NCBI GenBank assembly: GCA_965248925.1
Contig: CBDFLE010000005.1
Coordinates: 1,472,001-1,536,000, forward strand
Direction of reading: 5' to 3'
Length of the DNA stretch: 64,000 nucleotides
Source of the DNA: Candidatus Multivoradales bacterium
Lineage (GTDB): Bacteria > Acidobacteriota > Thermoanaerobaculia > Multivoradales > J023
Below, piece after piece: positions 27,894 to 36,066 of this stretch; the first letter of the stretch is position 1, and each line of letters starts with the position of its first letter. The translations under genes and the position numbers were made by a program. The notes below the pieces were generated by a model. The model saw only the letters and a program-made list of their open reading frames with translations, was not told where the DNA came from and did not search any database.

Positions 27894-29710
27894 CAGGCCG
27901 AGTGCCAGGCGGCGGCGAAACGTCGATCGATGTCGCGCCGCCGTTCGGCGGCATCGCGAGGCGAAACCCGAGCCTCGACCACTGTCGCGCCCGGTCGGGC
28001 GAAGGCCTCTGCGAGGGCTTCTTGCAGCGCCTGCAACGAGTTCGCCTGACGATAGGGCAAGCCGTGAAGAGTGGCCGCTGGCTCCAGCCGCCGATCGTGA
28101 GGGATGGTCCAATGGGTCAGGTGCCCGGCCGCCGCCGGGTGGCCAGCCAGCGGCAATTGTTCGAAAATTCGCCCACCTTGATTGTGAATCACCAGCACCA
28201 CGAACGGAGTTTCGATCCGCGCCGCCGCCGCCAGCCCCCCTGCATCGTGTAAGAAGCTGACATCACCGATCAACAGCGCCGCTGGCCGCCGCAAAACGCT
28301 GGCCGCTCCGGCGCTGCCACTAATCACCCCGTCGATGCCGCTAGCGCCGCGCTGGCTCCACACCGCCCAAGCCACCGGTCGGCCCGGACAATAGGTGTCG
28401 AGATGGCGAATCGGCAGGCTGTTGCCCAGCGCTAGCAGTGCGCCGTCCGGCAAGGCGGTCACCAGCTGCCGCGCCACCGCGCCCTCGCTGAGCCCCTCGA
28501 CGGCCGCCAGGCTGGCATCGACCGCTCCCCAGGCAAGCTGGTCGGCGCGGTGCCACGCTGTCTGCCAGGCATTCAGCGGCGGCACCGAAAATGGCCGCTG
28601 GCGATCTTCATCGAGCAGTTCCGCCAACCACTCCAAGGCGGCTTCGGGCTCACCGATCAGCAGCCGCTCAGCGGTACAGCTCGGATCGTTCCAGCCATGC
28701 TCGGCCAGTACCCAATGGGGAGCCGCGCAACTCTTCAGGTAGCTCGGCCAAGCAGCGCTGGTCGGCGTCCGGCCCAACTGCAACACAAAGTCAGCGGCCA
28801 AGGCCTCTTGAGCCGCTGACGAGCGCAGAATGGTATCAAAAGCATCAGCCCGCGGCATCTCGGGCAACGAGGCGAATCGCTGTTGGCTGGCGGTCTCGGC
28901 CAGCAGCACGGCACCGGTGTCTTGGACGACTTGCGGCAGGGCTAGCCAGGCACCGGCAGGCCAATGGCCAGCAACGCTGGCGGCGCCACCGATGGGTGCT
29001 GGCCCACAGACCACCAGCGGCCGCTCGGCACGGCACAGCTGGTCGGCCAAGGAACAGAGCGTATCGTCGGACGGTAACCGATTCGGTGTAGCCACGGTGA
29101 CGATGGGTCGACTACGTAGATCTTCGGCCAAGCGTTCGAAGGCGATCTCAGGCTCAGCCAACTCCCTCGCCGGTTCCAGCGGCTTGCGCGCCCGAGCATT
29201 CAATTGCACCGCGCCAGGCTCTGGATAGGTGGTCGCATGCACCGCCTGGGCAGCACGGCGCCGCAAACCGGCGAATGCTTCCGGCGCGGCATCAGCCATC
29301 CCGAGGTCGAAAAAACGCCGCGCATGTTGGCCAAACAGACGTTGCTGATCAATGGTCTGGTTAGCGCCGCAGTCGGTCAGTTCGAGCGGCCGATCTGCGG
29401 TCAGCACCAGCAGCGGCACATAGTCGGCACCGGCTTCGACCACCGCCGGCAAGTAGTTGGCGCCGGCGGTGCCCGAGGTGCAGATCAGCAAGCTCGCACG
29501 GCCACTAGCTCGGGCTTGGCCCAGGGCGTAGAAAGCGGCTACCCGCTCGTCCAGAAAGTCGATGCAATCGAGATCGGGATGCTCCAAGGCAGCGAGCACG
29601 AAGGGAGTTGAACGCGAGCCGGGGCTGATCACCACCTGGCGAATGCCGGCGTCGGCGAGACTCCACAGCAGGGTGCGGGCCCACTCTTGCTGCACGTTGG
29701 TCGGACTCAT
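27893..29710 (-). CDS. menD: SEPHCHC synthase
   Basis: SPGSRSTP, DERVAAF, CTSGTA, TADRP, GANQTIDQ, RGASGIDG, GDVSFLHD, NQGGRIF. Confidence 0.97.
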   Translation of the reverse strand: MSPTNVQQEWARTLLWSLADAGIRQVVISPGSRSTPFVLAALEHPDLDCIDFLDERVAAFYALGQARASGRASLLICTSGTAGANYLPAVVEAGADYVPLLVLTADRPLELTDCGANQTIDQQRLFGQHARRFFDLGMADAAPEAFAGLRRRAAQAVHATTYPEPGAVQLNARARKPLEPARELAEPEIAFERLAEDLRSRPIVTVATPNRLPSDDTLCSLADQLCRAERPLVVCGPAPIGGAASVAGHWPAGAWLALPQVVQDTGAVLLAETASQQRFASLPEMPRADAFDTILRSSAAQEALAADFVLQLGRTPTSAAWPSYLKSCAAPHWVLAEHGWNDPSCTAERLLIGEPEAALEWLAELLDEDRQRPFSVPPLNAWQTAWHRADQLAWGAVDASLAAVEGLSEGAVARQLVTALPDGALLALGNSLPIRHLDTYCPGRPVAWAVWSQRGASGIDGVISGSAGAASVLRRPAALLIGDVSFLHDAGGLAAAARIETPFVVLVIHNQGGRIFEQLPLAGHPAAAGHLTHWTIPHDRRLEPAATLHGLPYRQANSLQALQEALAEAFARPGATVVEARVSPRDAAERRRDIDRRFAAAWHSA

Positions 29711-29713
29711 TAG

Positions 29714-31123
29714 CTACTCACCGGCACCGAGGGCGGCCAGCAGAGTGCGCTTTTTTAGCTCGGTTTCGTGGTATTCGAGTTCAGCTTCTGATCCACGAAC
29801 GATGCCCGCACCGACGTAGACAAAAGCGCGCCTGCCGGCGAGTAAGCAGCCGCGCAAAGCGACCGCGAATTCACCATCGCCGCTGCCATCGAACCAGCCG
29901 ATCGGTCCGGCATACCAGCCCCGCGGGTGATCTTCGTTGTCGGCGATCCAACGCCGCGCCCGCTCGCTGGGCACACCACCCACCGCGGGAGTCGGATGCA
30001 ACGCCTCCACCAACTCGAGCACATGCCGCGGCTCGGCCAGGTGACCACGAATCGGGGTGCACAGATGCAGCACCTCGCGCAACTCGCGGATCAGTGGTTC
30101 CTCCGCCACTTCAAGATGACTGGTCAAGGGCGCCAAGCGGCGGACCACCTCGTCGACCACCAGCTGATGTTCCCGCAAATCCTTGCGACTCGACAGCAGC
30201 TCAGCGGCCCGCTCGCCATCGCTGGCGATCGAACCGGCCAGCGCCTCAGTGACGATTTCAGCGCCGTGCCGGCTGATCAACCGTTCCGGCGTGGCACCGA
30301 GAAAAGTGCTCTGCGGCCGGCGAAAGGCGAATCGGGTCGAAGCCAGGAGGCCACGGCCGAGGCGTTCGAGAAAGGCCACCGGATCGGCTGCTCCGGCCAG
30401 CTCCACTAACGAACGACGAGCGGCGACGATCTTCTCCACCTCGCCCGCGGCCACCGCCCGATGCACCCTCTGAACTTGCCGGGACCAGCGCTCGATCGCC
30501 GACTTCTCGACCCGTTCGACGGCCAAGGGCTGAGCGCTGAGGGACGGCGCGGCCAGCGCCCAACTTTCCAGGCCGGCGAGCAACTGCAGCAACTCCTCCG
30601 CCCAACTTGCTGCGCGGTCGCAGCCCAGCTCGAGGTCACAGCGCACCGCCAGACTGAGCGTGGCGGCGTCGGCCGTTCGGCAGTAGGTGATTCGGGGCAA
30701 GGTGAAACAGCCATCGCCAAACTCGGCCCAGGGTTCGGCAGTGGCAGCGCCAACATCAAAAGCCAAACCACCGAGAAAGCGCGGTGCCGGCAACGCCGCA
30801 CCGAGCAGTGACTCACAGACCAAGCGCTCGCCGATCTCACCACTGCGCTGGCGCAAAGTTGCGAAACGACGTTTACCACGCAGCTGAATCCGGTGCGCTG
30901 CGCCCACCCCGGCCACCGCCTGGCCGGTCGGTGGATCCCACAGCACCGCGAAATCGCGAGGGGACAGGCGCAGCAGGCTCTCTGGCGCCACCCGCGGCGC
31001 CGGCACCGCTAGCACCAAAGTGCGAGAGCGCCCGGCATGAGCCGCCAAACGATCCAAGGTGAGTTCCCGCAACCGCGGTGCTACAGCGGCTGGCGGCGAA
31101 CTGGCCAAGCTGGAAAAGCTCAT
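29714..31123 (-). CDS. menF: Isochorismate synthase
   Basis: KIVAAR, GATPERL, ALAGS, KDLREH, LHPTPAVGG, RGWYAGP, GAGIV; ATG 31123 overlaps the menG stop. Confidence 0.92.
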   Translation of the reverse strand: MSFSSLASSPPAAVAPRLRELTLDRLAAHAGRSRTLVLAVPAPRVAPESLLRLSPRDFAVLWDPPTGQAVAGVGAAHRIQLRGKRRFATLRQRSGEIGERLVCESLLGAALPAPRFLGGLAFDVGAATAEPWAEFGDGCFTLPRITYCRTADAATLSLAVRCDLELGCDRAASWAEELLQLLAGLESWALAAPSLSAQPLAVERVEKSAIERWSRQVQRVHRAVAAGEVEKIVAARRSLVELAGAADPVAFLERLGRGLLASTRFAFRRPQSTFLGATPERLISRHGAEIVTEALAGSIASDGERAAELLSSRKDLREHQLVVDEVVRRLAPLTSHLEVAEEPLIRELREVLHLCTPIRGHLAEPRHVLELVEALHPTPAVGGVPSERARRWIADNEDHPRGWYAGPIGWFDGSGDGEFAVALRGCLLAGRRAFVYVGAGIVRGSEAELEYHETELKKRTLLAALGAGE

Positions 31124-31854
31124 CAGTTCGCCTCCGCAGCCGGCCGCGCGACGTACAAGCAGACGACGCCGAAAGTCAGCGGCTCGAGCCGTAACACTTC
31201 CAATCCACACTCGGCCATCAGCGCGGCAAACTCCGTCGGCGGCGGGAAAGCAGCGATCGAACGCTGCAAATAACGGTACTCGGCGGCACCTGACAGCCAG
31301 GCCCCGAGCCGCGGCACTAGATGATGAATGTGAAACCGCGCCAAGCACGCCAACGGCCCATTGCGCGGCTCACCCAACTCGAGAATGGCAATCCTTCCGT
31401 CCGGCCGCACCACCCGCGCCATCTCCGCCAGCGCTCGCCGCCGATCAGCCACGTTGCGAATGCCAAAAGCGATGCTCAACCCATCCAGGCTATCGTCGGC
31501 AATCGGTAAAGCCTCGGCGCTGCCCGCACGCAACTCGACCTGGGTATGGCCACGGCGCGCCAGTTTCTCGCCGGCCACCGCCAGCATACGAGCCGAGGGG
31601 TCGATCCCCACCACCGCCGCGGTTGGCTGCTGGCGCAGGATCTCCAGCGCCACATCGCCGGTGCCGGTGGCCAGATCGAGCACTTGCGCCTCCGCGCCCA
31701 ACTCCAGAGCCGCCACCAAGCGGCGGCGCCAGCCGCGGTCGATGCCCAACGACATCACTCGATTGAGCAGATCGTAACGCTCGGCGATCTGGTCGAACAT
31801 CTCCCCTGAGCCGCCCGGCGGAGCAGCGACCGAAGAGTTGGGCGGTATTGGCAA
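31123..31854 (-). CDS. menG: Demethylmenaquinone methyltransferase (UbiE/MenG)
   Basis: MFDQIAERYDLLNRVMSLGID, LDLATGTGD, AFGIRNV, YRYLQRSI. Confidence 0.95.
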   Translation of the reverse strand: MPIPPNSSVAAPPGGSGEMFDQIAERYDLLNRVMSLGIDRGWRRRLVAALELGAEAQVLDLATGTGDVALEILRQQPTAAVVGIDPSARMLAVAGEKLARRGHTQVELRAGSAEALPIADDSLDGLSIAFGIRNVADRRRALAEMARVVRPDGRIAILELGEPRNGPLACLARFHIHHLVPRLGAWLSGAAEYRYLQRSIAAFPPPTEFAALMAECGLEVLRLEPLTFGVVCLYVARPAAEAN

Positions 31855-31866
31855 CTCCCCCCTCCC

Positions 31867-32964
31867 CTACACCCGGCGATTGACGATCGACTCGGCGACC
31901 GTGCGCAAACAGTGGACGGCGTCGCTCTCAGGCAAGAGGCCGAGGGATTCAATGGCGGCGGCAACCCGCTGCCGAGCGAAGGCCAGACAATCATCGACCG
32001 CATGGGTGGCGGCCAGCGCCGCCACCACCTGCGCCGCGTCGGCATCGCTCACCGGTTGATCGGCAGCAACGATCCTCTCGACCACCGGCCGCAACTGCGA
32101 GTCGCGCTCCAAGGCGAGAATCATCGGGTAGGTCATTTTGCCTTCCCGCAAGTCGGTGAACAACTCCTTGCCGGTGGTAGCGGCATCGCCGGTGAGGTCG
32201 AGCAGGTCATCGATAGCCTGGAAGGCGACGCCGAGGTGCAAGCCATAGTCGCTCAACGCCGCCCGCTGTTCCCCCTCCAACCCACCGGCCAAGGCGCCCG
32301 CCGACATTGCCCAGCGGAAGACTGACGCCGTCTTGCCTTCGACCACTCGGAAGTAGGACTCGCGCCCCAACCCGAACCGACCGCGGCTCTCGAGCTGAAT
32401 CGACTCGGCGAAGATCATCTCCTCCACGGTGGCGAGGAGTTCGCTCAGCAGGCCCGGCAGACCACAGCGCTCGACCCGGCGCAAAGCTTCGATCAACACC
32501 CAATCGCCAGCGAAGACCGAGGCCGCGTTGCTGTGTACCGCCCGCGCCGTCGGCGCGCCGCGGCGCACATCGCTGTGATCGACCACATCGTCGTGCAACA
32601 AAGTCGCTGAATGTACCAGCTCTACCGCCACCGCCAGATCCACCACTCGCGGATCGATGCCGCTACCGGCCCTGGCCGCCAGCGCCACGCACATTGGTCG
32701 CAGCCTCTTGCCACCGAGGTCTAGCAAATGGCTGGCGGCCCGGCCCACCAACTGCGGGCGGCGCGGGAAGGTGGCCAGCTCGGCCTCGATCGAGGCCATG
32801 TCGCGACCGATAAAGTGCGCCAAATCAGCTAGTTTTTCAGCCAGTGCCTCAAGGCCCTGGCCGACACAGATGCCCTCGAGCCGAGCCAGCAGCTCGACCT
32901 CCGGCGCCAGCTCTACGGCCGGGACGGACAGCGCGACCGCCTTGGTCTCCACCGCCGCCTTCAC
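31867..32964 (-). CDS. Polyprenyl diphosphate synthase (HepT/IspB-like)
   Basis: GGKRLRP, LLHDDVVD (FARM), KTA, FQAIDDLLD (SARM), DLREGKMT. Confidence 0.93.
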   Translation of the reverse strand: MKAAVETKAVALSVPAVELAPEVELLARLEGICVGQGLEALAEKLADLAHFIGRDMASIEAELATFPRRPQLVGRAASHLLDLGGKRLRPMCVALAARAGSGIDPRVVDLAVAVELVHSATLLHDDVVDHSDVRRGAPTARAVHSNAASVFAGDWVLIEALRRVERCGLPGLLSELLATVEEMIFAESIQLESRGRFGLGRESYFRVVEGKTASVFRWAMSAGALAGGLEGEQRAALSDYGLHLGVAFQAIDDLLDLTGDAATTGKELFTDLREGKMTYPMILALERDSQLRPVVERIVAADQPVSDADAAQVVAALAATHAVDDCLAFARQRVAAAIESLGLLPESDAVHCLRTVAESIVNRRV

Positions 32965-33551
32965 GAGTCTGTCTCCAACTGCATCACCTTCTCCGGTTTC
33001 CGACCCCGATCCGCCCGCGCCGCATTAACCAGCAGCTTGAGCCCCAGCCGACCCACCAAACCACCTTTGAGGAAAACCTCGATCGCCGAATCGGTCAGCT
33101 CGATCAGCGATTCCATAGAACTCAGCCGCTCGCGCAACACCGCCGCCTCGGGCGACGAATCGCCGTCCAAACGCGGAATCCACTCGTGCAAACTCTCCCG
33201 CACCGGATCCCACTCCCGCCGTTTGCGAATCTGCACGATCGACCGGATCACCTTCTCCAGATCTGTCGCCGGGCGGAAAACCACCTTGCGCGAACCCGGA
33301 ATCTTCTCAGGAAACACCAGGCCCCACTGGCGCAAATCGCGGCAAGCCATCGACACCGCGCCCCGGCTCATCTCCAACCCGGCCATGATCGCATCGCTGT
33401 CAGCCGGCTCGGCCCGCGACAGCAGCCAGGCGAAGACCCGTGCAGTAGCCGGCGAGATCCCCCAGAATGTGCCCATCGCTCCCCACAGCTGAACAAAAGC
33501 CTGCTGCACTTGCGCCAGTTCACTCTCCGGCGGTTGATCGTCTCTAATCAT
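32961..33551 (-). CDS. GbsR/MarR family transcriptional regulator
   Basis: FVQLWGAMGTFWGI...ARVFAWLL...MSRGAVSMACRDLRQWGLV; stop overlaps the polyprenyl synthase start (GTGA). Confidence 0.88.
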   Translation of the reverse strand: MIRDDQPPESELAQVQQAFVQLWGAMGTFWGISPATARVFAWLLSRAEPADSDAIMAGLEMSRGAVSMACRDLRQWGLVFPEKIPGSRKVVFRPATDLEKVIRSIVQIRKRREWDPVRESLHEWIPRLDGDSSPEAAVLRERLSSMESLIELTDSAIEVFLKGGLVGRLGLKLLVNAARADRGRKPEKVMQLETDS

Positions 33552-33559
33552 CGCCCAGG

Positions 33560-33612
33560 AGGGTACAACTACCGCCTCAAGATTTCAAGTTTTTTTGAAA
33601 GTTCTGGAACTT
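33560..33612 (-). promoter_or_regulatory. Men operon promoter overlapped by a palindromic operator
   Basis: Minus strand TTGAAA (33588-33583), 17 nt, TACCCT (33565-33560), ending 8 nt before the ATG. Palindromes TTTCAA-N6-TTGAAA (33583-33600) and AAGTTC-TG-GAACTT (33599-33612). Confidence 0.6.
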
Positions 33613-33837
33613 CGCGCCAGTCAAGTTCCGATGGGCGAACCGACCGACACAGAATAGGGCATTGTCGACCCGCCGCCAAATCGGCACCCGCGAGGCCTCC
33701 GAGGGCCTGGGGAGCAGAGTTGAACCGAGTATCGAGATCGGTTAAATTGCCGTTGCTTGACAAGGCACCTCCAAGATACTCCTATCACCATGCCGAAATC
33801 GCCCGCCCGGGCGCCCCAACCCAGTCGAGGATTGACC

Positions 33838-35970
33838 ATGGCCAAGAAAGTCGACCCGCAGAAAAGCGAATCAAAAGACAGCAAGGAAGTCGCTAAGAAT
33901 AAGCCAAAGCCCGCCGCCAAGGCTGCCAAGACCCCAACCGCAAAGACCACGCCGGCAAAGACCACGCCGGCAAAGACCAGAATGTCCGGCTCCAAAACCG
34001 CCAGTCCCCCCAAGGCCGCCAAGACCGAGACCCATACTTTTCAAACCGAAGCCAAGCAACTGCTGGATTTGATGATCCACTCCCTTTACACGCAGAAAGA
34101 GATCTTTCTGCGTGAGCTGATCTCGAATGCTTCAGACGCTCTCGACCACCTGCGCTTCGAGGCCCTGACTCGTGATGATTTGGAACTTGGCGACGCCGAA
34201 CTGGTGATTCGCTTGGAACCCGACGCCGAGGCCCGCACCCTGACCATCCACGACAATGGCATCGGCATGAGCAGCGACGAGGTGAAAGCCAATATCGGCA
34301 CGATCGCCCGGTCAGGCAGCCGCGAGCTGATGGAGCGGATCAAGAAAGAGCCCGCTGGCGAAGCAGTCAAGGAGCTGATCGGCCAGTTCGGCGTCGGCTT
34401 TTACTCCGCCTTCATGGTTGCTGACAAGGTATCGCTGGTCACTCGCCGGGCCGACCAGGACACGGCCACCTTCTGGAGTTCGACCGGCGACGGCGAGTAT
34501 CAGCTGGGAGCCGGCCAACGAGCTGGCCGTGGTACCTCGATCACTTTGCACCTGAAGCCCGAGGACCGCGATGGCGGGCTTGAGGACTTTGCCGACAATT
34601 GGGTGCTACGCCGAGTCGTCAAGCGCTACTCCGACTTCGTCGCTTACCCGATCAAGATGTGCGAAGAGCGCGAGGAAACCGAGACCGACGCGGCCGGCCA
34701 GCCGGTCAAGGACGCGCCCAAGAGTACAGTTGTCGAGGACAAGACCCTCAATTCACAGAAGCCGATCTGGACCCGGCCGCAGTCCGAGGTCGAAGACAAG
34801 GACTATACCGAGTTTTACAAACACATCTCCAGCGATTGGAACGAACCCCTGGAGCGGTTGAGCCTGTCTGCCGAGGGCCGCATCGAGTACCAAGCGCTGC
34901 TCTTCATCCCTTCAGAAGCGCCTTACGATCTCTACTACCACGCCTATGAGTTCGGTCTGCGGCTCTATGTTCGCCAGGTGATGGTGATGGAGCGCTGCGA
35001 AGACCTGCTGCCCCGCTACCTGCGCTTCGTCCGTGGAGTGGTCGATTCGGCCGACCTACCGCTCAACATCTCCCGTCAGCGGTTGCAAGAAGATCGCCAC
35101 ATTGGCCAGATCCGCAAGTGGTTGACCAAGAAGCTGCTCGACACTTTCGCCACCCTACAAAAAGATAAAGAAGAGCAGTATCTGAAGCTCTGGGAGCACT
35201 TTGGCAAGGCGCTCAAAGAAGGCCTGAGTTCGGACTTCGACAACAAGGAAAAGCTGCTAGAGCTAGTCTTGTTCGAGTCCTCCAACGATCGCGAAAAGCT
35301 AACCACCCTGGGCGGCTACGTCAGCCGCATGCAAGAGGGCCAAGACGAGATCTTCTACCTCACCGGCGAGTCTCGCGCCGTGGTCGAAAGTTCACCCCAC
35401 CTGGAGGCTTTCCAAGACAAAGGCATCGAGGTGCTCTATCTGGTCGACACCGTCGACGAGCTGCTGGTGCAACACCTAATGGAGCACGATGGCAAGCGTC
35501 TCAAGTCGGTCGGCAAAGGTACCGTCGAGCTCGGCTCGGATGAAGAGAAAGAAGCCACCAAGAAAGCGTTGGAAGAGAAAGAGACCGAACTCAAGGATAT
35601 GCTTGAGTCGTTCCAGAAACGTCTCGACGACGAGATCAAGGTAGTACGCTTGTCGAGCCGCCTGACCGCCTCCCCGGCCTGCCTGGTGGGCGCCGAGCAC
35701 GATTACAGCCCGCAGATGGAACGCCTGCTACAGAAAGGCCAAGGCGGCGGCCCGAAGCAGCGCCGCATCTTGGAGCTAAACCCCGAACACGCCCTGGTCC
35801 AGGAACTACAAAAACGTTTCGCCGCCAACGCTGAAGATCCGCTGGTGGGCGACTACGCCGAACTGCTGATGGGCTATGCGCTGCTTGCTGAAGGCTCCGA
35901 GATCGTCGATCCGGTACGCTTCAACAAGTTGATGGTGGAGGCTCTAGGGCGGGGGTTGAGCGGCAGCTAG
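33838..35970 (+). CDS. htpG: Molecular chaperone HtpG (Hsp90) with Lys/Ala/Thr/Pro-rich N-terminal extension
   Basis: HSLYTQKEIFLRELISNASDA, DNGIGM, IGQFGVGFYSAF, DLPLNISR; GAGG RBS before ATG 33838. Confidence 0.96.
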   Translation: MAKKVDPQKSESKDSKEVAKNKPKPAAKAAKTPTAKTTPAKTTPAKTRMSGSKTASPPKAAKTETHTFQTEAKQLLDLMIHSLYTQKEIFLRELISNASDALDHLRFEALTRDDLELGDAELVIRLEPDAEARTLTIHDNGIGMSSDEVKANIGTIARSGSRELMERIKKEPAGEAVKELIGQFGVGFYSAFMVADKVSLVTRRADQDTATFWSSTGDGEYQLGAGQRAGRGTSITLHLKPEDRDGGLEDFADNWVLRRVVKRYSDFVAYPIKMCEEREETETDAAGQPVKDAPKSTVVEDKTLNSQKPIWTRPQSEVEDKDYTEFYKHISSDWNEPLERLSLSAEGRIEYQALLFIPSEAPYDLYYHAYEFGLRLYVRQVMVMERCEDLLPRYLRFVRGVVDSADLPLNISRQRLQEDRHIGQIRKWLTKKLLDTFATLQKDKEEQYLKLWEHFGKALKEGLSSDFDNKEKLLELVLFESSNDREKLTTLGGYVSRMQEGQDEIFYLTGESRAVVESSPHLEAFQDKGIEVLYLVDTVDELLVQHLMEHDGKRLKSVGKGTVELGSDEEKEATKKALEEKETELKDMLESFQKRLDDEIKVVRLSSRLTASPACLVGAEHDYSPQMERLLQKGQGGGPKQRRILELNPEHALVQELQKRFAANAEDPLVGDYAELLMGYALLAEGSEIVDPVRFNKLMVEALGRGLSGS
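33940..33978 (+). repeat. 15-bp tandem repeat (GCAAAGACCACGCCG, ~2.6 copies) encoding AKTTP
   Basis: Read directly: gcaaagaccacgccg gcaaagaccacgccg gcaaagacc. Confidence 0.85.
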
Positions 35971-35999
35971 CTTGCTGCCCGCACCTGCTCCAGCCTCTT

Positions 36000-36031
36000 C
36001 GTCCGCCCTCCTCGGGCGGACGGTATTCTCT
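36000..36031 (+). terminator. Probable intrinsic terminator between convergent htpG and the ADOP permease
   Basis: 9-bp stem CGTCCGCCC / GGGCGGACG with a 5-nt loop and a weak T-rich tail. Confidence 0.55.
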
Positions 36032-36066
36032 AACACGGGATGTCAATCCCTTGCGACTGTAAGCGG

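Noticed and set aside
33757-33790. Sigma70 promoter or CIRCE element for htpG
   Set aside because: TTGACA is present at 33757 but there is no convincing -10 at 16-18 nt and no TTAGCACTC-N9-GAGTGCTAA.
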